Source of the DNA: an uncultured delta proteobacterium
Lineage (GTDB): Bacteria > Desulfobacterota > SM23-61
Direction of reading: 5' to 3'
Assembly (NCBI GenBank): GCA_963712535.1
Contig: CAVQIK010000008.1
Location: forward strand, 34,798-98,797
Length of the DNA: 64,000 nt
Position numbers and translations under genes: made by a program. Shown here in pieces: positions 1 through 7,889 of the stretch (within the stretch, counting starts at the first letter, position 1; the number at the start of each line of letters is the position of its first letter). Under the pieces are notes generated by a model that searched no databases, was not told the origin of the DNA, and saw only the letters and a program-made list of their open reading frames with translations.

Positions 1-174
1 GACGATCCATACATTATCGAGGCGGGGAACTTGGTCTCGAAGCACTTTTCCGCCCTTGACCGTTTGGGTATGATCCGATTGAGGGAAAGCCGCTACTATA
101 GGCCCGAATTGCAGCTCGCTGAATTCATGTCAGCCTTGCAGGAGGTTTTTCCGGGTAAAGGCGAAACCTCTTAA
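1..174 (+). CDS. 3' end of hypothetical protein (partial, runs off window)
   Basis: Frame 1 is open from base 1 to TAA 172-174 (DDPYIIEAGNLVSKHFSALDRLGMIRL...EVFPGKGETS) and is followed by a GAGGA RBS for the next gene. Confidence 0.55.
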   Translation, partial: DDPYIIEAGNLVSKHFSALDRLGMIRLRESRYYRPELQLAEFMSALQEVFPGKGETS

Positions 175-189
175 GAGGACAATTGACTG

Positions 190-366
190 ATGGGTATCGT
201 CTCGGGATACCTTTTCAATCTGATCGCCAAGCAGGTCGACGACAACGGGGTCGTGGTCTGGTACGACCCTGACGGCGTTTATGCCGAGGCCGTTGATGAG
301 CTGGACCTACCTGTAGGCACGGGGTCGGGCCACGTAAGCAGCGGATATTTTTCCGAAGTATCTTGA
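190..366 (+). pseudogene. Truncated N-terminus of a PglZ-domain (BREX-type) protein
   Basis: MGIVSGYLFNLIAKQVDDNGVVVWYDPDGVYAEAVDELDLP resembles PglZ-family N-termini as recalled, not searched. Similarity stops at ~312-320 where an IR-bounded element begins, and the frame stops at 364-366. Confidence 0.6.
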
Positions 367-596
367 AATATCCTCCCCAAATGGCTCTATACTGAGTTTT
401 TCGGGGCTAAAAAAGCCGTTTTGATACCGAAAATGGAAGTCGAGAGCCAACGCCATACATCAACTCGTATTCCTGGCATATCACCTGCTCCCTATAATTC
501 CCTTTTTGGCCCCAAAAAAGAGGAGATAGACGCCCAAACCGCCTGTTTCTGAAAAGTTAACTCCTACTAATCAAGCACATAGCGTGGCCCGACCCC
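321..596. mobile_element. MITE-like / internally deleted IS (276 bp)
   Basis: Perfect 14-bp terminal inverted repeats GGGGTCGGGCCACG (321-334) and CGTGGCCCGACCCC (583-596). Internal frame 425-529 (YRKWKSRANAIHQLVFLAYHLL...) resembles a DDE transposase C-terminus. No clear target duplication. Confidence 0.6.
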
Positions 597-743
597 AGCC
601 ACCCAGCCACCAGCGATAAACAATTTCAAGCGCTCACTGGCGTCAGAGCAAAAACTCGGGAGAGTTTTGAGGCTCTGGCAATGTCCCCGCTACGAAGAGC
701 CTCTCGAACTTCGTCGAGTTTGTAAGCATCACCGAGAGTTAGA

Positions 744-890
744 ACGGTGCGCTTCGAGGACGCGATCTACGTGCTTCATGCTTTCCAGAAGAAGTCCAAG
801 AGGGGCGTATCAACACCCAAAAAGGAAATCGACTTGATAAAACAGCGGCTTGCGGCCGCTGAACAGGATTACAGAGAAAGGCACAACTAA
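744..890 (+). pseudogene. C-terminal half of RelE/HigB (Gp49-like) toxin
   Basis: TVRFEDAIYVLHAFQKKSKRGVSTPKKEIDLIKQRL carries the YVLHAFQKK motif. In-frame stop at 723-725 and no start codon, so the 5' half is missing. Confidence 0.8.
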
Positions 891-891
891 A

Positions 892-1221
892 ATGAAACGA
901 AACGCCAAGATTCGGGTCAAGGAAGGGAACGGCAACATCTTTGCCGACCTCGGCTTTGCCAATCCCGAGCGCGAGGAGCTCAAAGCCCGCCTCACCCTGC
1001 AAATTTATCGCCTTATCAAAGGACGCGGGCTCACCCAGGCCCAGGCCGGGGAAGTTTTGGGCATCAAGCAGCCGCACGTCTCGAGCCTCATGCGTGGCCA
1101 ATCTGGGGCTTTCTCCGTTGAACGGTTGATGAACTTTCTCGTAGCCCTGGGCCAGGATGTTCAGATCACCGTCAAGTCTACGCGCAAACCCCGTGGGGAA
1201 GTATCCGTTATCGTCGCATGA
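892..1221 (+). CDS. XRE-family HTH antitoxin (HigA-like)
   Basis: GNGNIFADLG N-terminal motif and HTH (LTQAQAGEVLGIKQPHVSSLMRG...FSVERLMNFL). Starts 1 nt after the toxin stop. Confidence 0.85.
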   Translation: MKRNAKIRVKEGNGNIFADLGFANPEREELKARLTLQIYRLIKGRGLTQAQAGEVLGIKQPHVSSLMRGQSGAFSVERLMNFLVALGQDVQITVKSTRKPRGEVSVIVA

Positions 1222-1248
1222 TCCGTTCCCATCAACACGCGGCCAAAT

Positions 1249-1395
1249 TCACTCCGGTCCTTTCCGGTCAGGAGGATCCCGCCGATCACCGCTTCCTGAT
1301 ACCTCCCAACCAGAACCAATGTCGATCAGCTCGATTTCCACTTCTGCCACGTAGGCACCTTCGTGAACGATTTTGGTATGCTTTCTCTTTTTCAT
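1249..1395 (-). pseudogene. N-terminal fragment of a small putative antitoxin
   Basis: MKKRKHTKIVHEGAYVAEVEIELID...GW matches a small family recalled as lying downstream of DUF4258-like genes. It diverges after GW. ATGA overlap with the upstream remnant. Confidence 0.5.
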
Positions 1396-1457
1396 CTTCT
1401 TCTCCTCAGGAAATCCGCGGACCGGAGTTCCGGATCCGGTCTATAGGCAGTAACCAA
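1392..1457 (-). pseudogene. C-terminal remnant of DUF4258-like putative toxin
   Basis: LVTAYRPDPELRSADFLRRRR* is the typical DUF4258 C-terminal motif. The upstream part has been replaced by the MFS gene 3' end. Confidence 0.55.
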
Positions 1458-1504
1458 GTCGCTGGATACATTCCGGCCTCTTCAACCTACTCTTCCCGAA
1501 ATTG

Positions 1505-2665
1505 CTATTGATTAGATGGGTCCGATCCGGCCTTGCGGCGGGTTAAGCCCATTTCCACCAGGACCGCCGCGGCCACGAGGCCCATGCATAGGAGGTACGG
1601 GGCCCGCAGGCCCGCGGATTGGGCGGCGATCCCCCCGAGGAGGGGGCCAAGGACCACCCCGCTCCCAAGGATCGATTCATGCAGGCCGGTCCCCTTCCCT
1701 TTCTTTTTCAGCAGGAGAACCACGTAGTAGAGGCTCGAATAGTAGCTCAGGCTGATGCCCAGGCCGATCAGCATGAACGCGGGGATGACCAGGAGAGGAT
1801 GGCTGGCCACCCCGAGCAGGAAGAGGGCAACGGCGGCCAGGAGCTGGGAGCCGAGCAGGTAAGCCCGTTTGAAATGCCAGCGTTCGTCCCGGCGGAGGAG
1901 AAAGAATCCCAGGAACAAGGCGAACCCAAGGCAGCTCATGAGGAGGCCGATGGTGTGGGGTGCCCAGCCGAGGTCCCGGGCGAGCTTGGGGAACTGGTAC
2001 CGCAGGTTTCCCAGGATGAACCAGGAGGCGAAGTTGGCGACCCAGATGGCGTAAAGAAAGCTCATCTGAGCCCTTGGTTGCTCGGCCGCCGCGGAGAGGG
2101 GTGCGCTCTTTTTTTCCGGCCGAGGCTGGCCCTCGCCCACGGAAGCCCTCAGGAAAAAGAAAAGCGAGAATGAAAGGACCCCGGCCAGGAGGAAAGGGAC
2201 ACGGGAATGGAGGCCGAAGAGGACCCCCGCCAGCCCGGGCCCGATGATGTTCCCCGCGGTCCAGGACATGTTGAAAGTTCCAATGTTGCGGGCCAGCCCC
2301 GGACCGCTCTGCAGGTCGGCGATCCAGGCCTGGAAGGAAGGCCAGAAGATCGAAAATGCGAACCCGTTGAGAGCCGCGAGGACCAGGACCCATCTCACCT
2401 GCCCGACCCGGATCATGAGAAAACACGAGGCGCTGAAGATTACCGGGGCGGCCACGATGAGGGCTCGCCTTCCGAAGCGGTCCGAAAGGCGCCCCCCCAG
2501 ATGGGCAAAGGTCATGTGGAAGAAGGCGGTGAGAGTGCCGATGAGCCCCAGCTCAACGGGGCTTCCCCCCATTTCTATGACCGCGAGCGGGGCGGCCAGG
2601 TAGAAGATGCTGCTGCTCAGGTCCATCCAGAGAGGGACGGCAAGCACGATCCTGTTTTCATTCAT
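1505..2665 (-). CDS. MFS transporter
   Basis: About 12 hydrophobic segments with motif A (GRLSDRFGRR). Start could be 2695. Confidence 0.9.
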   Translation of the reverse strand: MNENRIVLAVPLWMDLSSSIFYLAAPLAVIEMGGSPVELGLIGTLTAFFHMTFAHLGGRLSDRFGRRALIVAAPVIFSASCFLMIRVGQVRWVLVLAALNGFAFSIFWPSFQAWIADLQSGPGLARNIGTFNMSWTAGNIIGPGLAGVLFGLHSRVPFLLAGVLSFSLFFFLRASVGEGQPRPEKKSAPLSAAAEQPRAQMSFLYAIWVANFASWFILGNLRYQFPKLARDLGWAPHTIGLLMSCLGFALFLGFFLLRRDERWHFKRAYLLGSQLLAAVALFLLGVASHPLLVIPAFMLIGLGISLSYYSSLYYVVLLLKKKGKGTGLHESILGSGVVLGPLLGGIAAQSAGLRAPYLLCMGLVAAAVLVEMGLTRRKAGSDPSNQ

Positions 2666-2761
2666 GCTGATCTTCAAGGGACTTGTTCTTCCCAACAGTT
2701 TCTCACTTCACCCCCGGTCCCCTTCTGCCCCTGTCGGCATTATTTCTCCTCCCAATATCAA

Positions 2762-2864
2762 TCTAGCGGTTTGAAAAGTATTCCCAGAAATCCCTCCCAA
2801 CCTCCCTTTTCCAAAGGGAGGAGATATTGTTCCCCCTTTCAAAAAGGGGGATTAAGGGGGATTT
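2762..2864. repeat. REP-like palindromic element, copy 1
   Basis: Two hairpins CTCCCTTTTCCAAAGGGAG and CCCCCTTTCAAAAAGGGGG. Bases 2782-2824 are the exact reverse complement of 28531-28573. Confidence 0.8.
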
Positions 2865-2896
2865 CTGAGTTTTCCCGGCAAATTCTGGAACACTTT

Positions 2897-4004
2897 TTAT
2901 AGGGCCAAAGAGTTACCCTCCCGGTAGCAATTCTCCAGCTCCTCTGAAATCGCGGCCGCTACCGCCTTCGCCCCGCCCTCTGCCTGGCCCGCGGCTGAAA
3001 TCCGGAACCGCTCTTTTTCCAGCGCCCGCCAGACGGCCCTTTCCAGGAGGGCCGCGTCCTTCTTCCTCCCGAGATAATCCAGCATCATGGCCCCGGCAAG
3101 GATCTGGGAGAGAGGGTTGGCCAGGTTTTTGCCGATCAAGTCGGGAGCCGAGCCGTGGATGGGCTCGAAGTAGGCGCGGTCATCCCCCACGTTGGAAGAG
3201 GGGCACATCCCGAGACCCCCGACGGTGGCGCCCCCGAGGTCGCTGAGAATATCCCCGAACATGTTCTCGGTGACAATCACGTGAAAGTGCCCGGGCCGCA
3301 TAACCAACGCCGCCGCCGCGGCATCCACGTAGAGGGTCTCCGCCTCCACCGCCGGAAACTGGCGGGCAACCTCCGCGAAGATCTCCCGGAAGAAATGGAA
3401 GCTTCTCAGCACATTGCTCTTCTCCACCAGGGTGACCCTTCTCCGGCCGTCCTGCGGCGCGCCTTCGGCTTTCCTCGAGGCCATCTCGAAAGCGCGACGG
3501 CAGATCCTCTCGCACCCCTTGCGGGTGAGCAGAAGGGTGTCGGAAGCCGCCTGCTCCAGGACCAGGCCCCTTGCGCGGGATGCGTAAAGGCCTTCGGTAT
3601 TCTCACGGACGACCACGTAGTCGATACTTCCCGGGGGTTTGTCCCGGAGGGGGCGTCGCTACCCCGGGGAACAGCTTGAGGGGACGGATGTTCGCGTACA
3701 GGTCGAACCCGCTCCGCAAAATCCCCCCCAGCACTCCGGCTTCCGTGCCATCCGGCCGGCGCACTCCGGGGAGGCCCACGGGGCCTTTCAGGGTCGCGTC
3801 GGCCCGGCGGATCGCTTCGATGGCCTCGGCGGAGATGCTCTCCCCGTGCTTGACATGGTACGCCGCTCCGGCCTGGCGGAAGTCAAAGGAGAGCTGGAAA
3901 TCCCGGGACAGCTCCTGAACCTTCTCCAGGACGGCCACGGCGGCATCCACGATTTCAGGTCCGATGCCGTCGCCCGGGATCACCACAATTCGATAAGTTT
4001 TCAT
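2897..4004 (-). CDS. Isocitrate/isopropylmalate dehydrogenase family protein (one frameshift)
   Basis: IVVIPGDGIGPE, DLYANIRP, VVRENTEGLY, ENMFGDILSD and FEPIHGSAPD are split over two ORFs. One extra base in the G/C run at ~3650 joins them. Confidence 0.9.
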
Positions 4005-4165
4005 TTCTTCTTCCTCCTTATTTTCAAACCGGCGGATATGTCCCTTCTGAATCCATCATCCACCGTCGACCTACCCGGATATTCCAAAAAAATGGGGAGA
4101 AAACCTTATTTCTTCCATTTCTTCCATCCCGTAGAATGAAACCACGAAGTCGGGAAGGAGGCAAG

Positions 4166-4585
4166 ATGAAAAGAGCTGGCATGGCCATTTTTTTGAGCGC
4201 TTTCGCTTTTTGGGCCGTAACTTCCCTGGCCCAGGATCGCGTGCCGAGAATAAGCAAGGAGGAGCTGAGGGCGATGCTTGGGAGGCCTGACCTCGTTGTG
4301 CTCGACGTCCGAGTCGGCGAGGAATGGTCGGGAAGCGATAAAAAAATCCAAGGGGCAGTGCGCGAGAACCCCGCCGATCTTGCCTCCTGGATAAACAAGT
4401 ACCCAAAGGACAAGACCCTGGTCTTCTACTGCTCCTGACCCGCTGAACAGACTAGTGCCTGGGTGGCACAGCAGCTGATCAGGGAAGGGTATCAAAAAGT
4501 TTACGCGCTGAAAGGCGGGTTTCAAGAATGGGAAGAAGCCAACTTCCCCATGGAGGATAAATCAGTTCGGAATATCGTAATCTGA
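4166..4585 (+). CDS. Exported rhodanese-like selenoprotein (in-frame UGA = Sec91)
   Basis: Signal peptide and rhodanese N-half end in VFYCS-TGA (4436-4438). The same frame continues PAEQTSAWVAQQLIREGYQKVYALKGGFQEWEEANFPME, the canonical rhodanese C-half. Confidence 0.85.
4455..4469 (+). promoter_or_regulatory. Putative bacterial SECIS hairpin
   Basis: GTGCC-TGGGT-GGCAC with the loop starting 21 nt after the UGA. Confidence 0.6.
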
Positions 4586-4669
4586 GACCTGTTCGCCCGG
4601 ATGCCGCCGTCGCGGGCCTGGCGTATTTAGCACAGCATCCCAAGGGGGGAGGTACTTTACGGATGAAAA

Positions 4670-5227
4670 CTAAACACCGGCACCTCCCCGGCTGACAAAC
4701 GGGTTTCCGGGAATAAAAAACCGCCACTCCAGCTCCACCGCCCGCGAAAGGCCGATCCGCCGCGATGTTTCGATCCTGGCGGGTTCGGCGGCAGGATAGA
4801 TTTTGAGTTCCCCTCCCACGGGTTTCCCGAGCAGCTCCAGGCCGATTCCGAAGGCCTCGCAGACTTTCCCCGGCCCGTTGGTCAGGTGGGCGACCGCCCG
4901 CGTTTTCCTGCGCCGCTCCATGATCTCCAGGCCGCGGGTGGGCTCCACCGCCCGGATGAGGACGGCCCCCGCGCCATCCCGCTCGGTGGTGAAGTTGAGG
5001 CAGTAATGCCGGCCGTAAATGAAATAAACATAAATATGGCCGAAGGTATCCAGAAGTAGACGGGCGCTTCGCGGCTTTCGCACCCAGTGCGAGGCCGGGT
5101 CGTCCCGATAGGCTTCGGTCTCGACCAGGATGCCCGCGCATCCCTTGTACTCCATCTTCTTTCCCAGGAGATCCCGGGCTACTTCAAGCGTATTCCGGGC
5201 AAAGAAGTCCAATCCGATCCCCGTCAT
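4670..5227 (-). CDS. mpg: DNA-3-methyladenine glycosylase (MPG family)
   Basis: LEVARDLLGK, ILVETEAY, YVYFIYGRHYCLN, GAVLIRAVEP, LTNGPGK, RIGL and WRF motifs. Confidence 0.93.
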   Translation of the reverse strand: MTGIGLDFFARNTLEVARDLLGKKMEYKGCAGILVETEAYRDDPASHWVRKPRSARLLLDTFGHIYVYFIYGRHYCLNFTTERDGAGAVLIRAVEPTRGLEIMERRRKTRAVAHLTNGPGKVCEAFGIGLELLGKPVGGELKIYPAAEPARIETSRRIGLSRAVELEWRFFIPGNPFVSRGGAGV

Positions 5228-5498
5228 GTTCCTCGCGAGTCCCGTCGGTGCCTTCAAGCTGCCTCATAGTAAAAGAAAAGGAGGGAGCCCGTCAATGCGG
5301 CCTTTGGAATCCTGGATGCCGGCGGCGACGGCCTGAGAATGGCCCCGGTAGAAAGAATACCCCTTTCCCCTGGCCAAAATACTGGTTTCCCCGTATTTAC
5401 ACGGCTGGGCAGGTTCCATACGATAGGAACAGCTGAGAGATCTCGTCCCAGCCCCGATATTCCGGTCGGAACGCTTCTTTTCAAAGTTCGGAGGGTCC

Positions 5499-6281
5499 AT
5501 GGCCAGCTCGAAAAAATTCCCCCACTTCCGGCAAAGACTCCTGGAGCGGCGAATCCGGATTTTTGAAACCCATGAAGAAATCCACGAACAGCGGCTGAGC
5601 CTCCATGAACCGGAGATCGAAAGGGTGGAGAAGGCACAAAAAGAGAAGATGGCCCAAATCATGGGCCAGCTGGATCGAAGAGAGAAAGACGAGCTCGAAG
5701 CCATTGACCAGGCCTTGGCCCGAATCGAAGCAGGGGGGTACGGGATCTGCGAATCCTGCGGGAAAAGAATAGGTATAAAACGCATGGAATCGGTCCCCTG
5801 GACAAAGCTGTGTAACCGGTGTGGAAAGGACCGGGAGGCACAGGCCCCTTCGGAAACTCCTGAAAGAGCGATCGTCCGGCCTTCTCCGCTCCCGCCCGAT
5901 TACCAAGGCCTGAGCGATGAGGAGATCGTGGAAGGCGTTATGGACACGCTGCAAACGGATGGCCGGGTGGAGACCGACGAGCTTCAGATCCGCTGCCGGG
6001 ACGGCATCCTGTACCTCGCCGGCTTTCTGCTCAGCGAAAAAAAGCGCCAGATTCTGCTCCAGATTATTCACGACACGCTGGGGTTCCAGGACGTAGTCGA
6101 CGAGCTCTCGGTCGATCCCGTGCTTTGGGAAAGGGAGGACCGGACGCCCGACGAGAAGCTGAAAGGCCAAATTGAGGATGAACGATTACCGGTCCCGCCG
6201 GCGCAGCAATCGGACTTCGCGGCCGACGACGCGCCCATGGTCCCCCCCGACGAGCTGATCCCCGAAGACACCGACCGTTAA
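5499..6281 (+). CDS. TraR/DksA C4 zinc-finger protein fused to a BON domain
   Basis: Coiled coil followed by ALARIEAGGYGICESCGKRIGIKRMESVPWTKLCNRC, then a BON-like segment (LQTDGRVETDELQIRCRDGILYLAG...GFQDVVDEL) and an acidic tail. Confidence 0.8.
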   Translation: MASSKKFPHFRQRLLERRIRIFETHEEIHEQRLSLHEPEIERVEKAQKEKMAQIMGQLDRREKDELEAIDQALARIEAGGYGICESCGKRIGIKRMESVPWTKLCNRCGKDREAQAPSETPERAIVRPSPLPPDYQGLSDEEIVEGVMDTLQTDGRVETDELQIRCRDGILYLAGFLLSEKKRQILLQIIHDTLGFQDVVDELSVDPVLWEREDRTPDEKLKGQIEDERLPVPPAQQSDFAADDAPMVPPDELIPEDTDR

Positions 6282-6507
6282 GGCCGCAGAAACGCCCCCG
6301 CCATTGACAATCCGGGACCCTCCGTCTAGAATGATTTCAAAACGGAAGCCGGCGGTTTCGGCTTCCGTTTATTTATGTCGGAGCGGATCTCCCGGGGAGG
6401 CAAGCTCACCGAGCGATCGGATTCCCGATCGCTTCCGCCGCCGTTATTCAGGAAGCCAACGCGGCGTGCCCGCTCCTTGCAAGCAACCTCGGAGAGAGAC
6501 GGAAGAA

Positions 6508-7041
6508 ATGCCCTCCATGTTCACCCATGCCGCCGTGGGCGCGGCGGCAGCCGTGGCCTTCGCCCCGGCAGGAGCGCCCGTTCAATTCTGGCCGGTGGCC
6601 GTCCTCAGCGCGACGATCGCCGACGCCGACGCGCTCTCGTTTGTAATCCAGGGTTCTTACAGCGACCTGTGGAGACACCGCGGTTTTTTTCACTCCCTCT
6701 TCTTCGGTCTGGTCTTAACTTTCTTTTGGCTGCTCTTCTTCCCGGACATAGAGGCTTTTTCCGGCAGGTGGTTCTCCTATTTCCTCTTCTTCTTTCTTAC
6801 CTTCGCGAGCCACGGCTTCCTCGACGCTCTCACCAACGGGGGCAGGGGCGTCACCTTCTTTGCCCCGTTCGACAACACCCGCTATTTTCTCCCCTGGTCG
6901 CCCATCATGGCTTCGCCCATTCGCCTCCGCTCCTTTTTCGGCAAGTGGGGATACGCGGTCCTGCAAAACGAAATGCGATGGATCTGGCTCCCCTGCTTCT
7001 CCGCCGCGGCTTTCTCCAGGCTCATTCGCCTGCTGGCCTGA
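6508..7041 (+). CDS. Inner-membrane metal-dependent hydrolase (YdjM/DUF457 family)
   Basis: FTHAAVG, IADAD, HRGFFHSL and ASHGFLDALTNGGRGV motifs. Confidence 0.88.
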   Translation: MPSMFTHAAVGAAAAVAFAPAGAPVQFWPVAVLSATIADADALSFVIQGSYSDLWRHRGFFHSLFFGLVLTFFWLLFFPDIEAFSGRWFSYFLFFFLTFASHGFLDALTNGGRGVTFFAPFDNTRYFLPWSPIMASPIRLRSFFGKWGYAVLQNEMRWIWLPCFSAAAFSRLIRLLA

Positions 7042-7149
7042 AAAGCGTCGGGGCCGCCGCCCCGAGGGAAAATCCCCGCCTCACTTTACATCTTCCGCCC
7101 TCACCATTATATTTTCAAAATTCACGCGAGCCGAAATCAAACAGGATTT

Positions 7150-7216
7150 GTAGGGGCGGCCCTCCCGCCCGTGCGGGACCGCCCGCAACACGGCAACCAT
7201 AGGGGCTTGCCCTGCA
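7150..7216. repeat. GTAG-type REP pair (BIME-like)
   Basis: GTAGGGGCGGCCC...CCGCCC followed by GGCAACCATAGGGGCTTGCCCTGC. Related single REPs lie at 39322 and 48047. Confidence 0.55.
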
Positions 7217-7284
7217 ATTCTGATTCTTTCGCGGCCGATTGAACGGATAGCGCTTGGGATTATTCAAGGCGGGGGGAGAGGGAA

Positions 7285-7750
7285 ATGTCCAGAGTCGTTA
7301 TTACGAGGAATGAAGATATCGAGCGCGCCATCGAAGAGGCGTTGGGATACATAGAGGAGAGAGAAAAGCTTTTCAGGGGAAAAAGGGTTGCCGTCAAGCC
7401 CAACGATACGTGGGCTTCTTCCGAGGACAGGAGCGCAATTACCCAGCCGGACACCCTCCGGGCGGTTCTCCGCCACCTGAAAAAATGCGCTCCGTCTAGT
7501 CTGGTCGTCTCTGGCGGATCGGGCGGGCTTGGTCATCGCCAGCACCGACGCTCTCGCTGCCGACACCGTGGGCGCGCGCCTTCTGGGCTTTGAAGTTCAG
7601 GGGGTGCAGCACATCTATGAAGCCGGGAAGCTGGGCTGCGGCGAAACCGATGTCTCTAAAATGGAATTCCCGGCCATGGGCCTGGAGGAGGCGACGGAGT
7701 TTTTCAGCGAGAGGGCCTACGGGAAAAAGATCAGCCTGGAACATCCGTAA
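7285..7750 (+). pseudogene. DUF362-family protein with large internal deletion
   Basis: N-terminal part (RVAVKPN...TQPDTLRAVL...SGGSG) joins out of frame at ~7520 to the C-terminal part (LVIASTDALAADTVGARLLG...VQHI). The central region is absent. Confidence 0.7.
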
Positions 7751-7889
7751 ATGAAAAATCAAAAGGCAAAAATAAGGCGCAAAGCCCCAATAAACGTCAG
7801 GCATTCCTCCCCGATAAACCCATTTTTGCCCTTTGCCTTTTGACCTTTGCCCTTTGATTTCTTGTTCCTTTCTGCCCTTTGATCTATTC

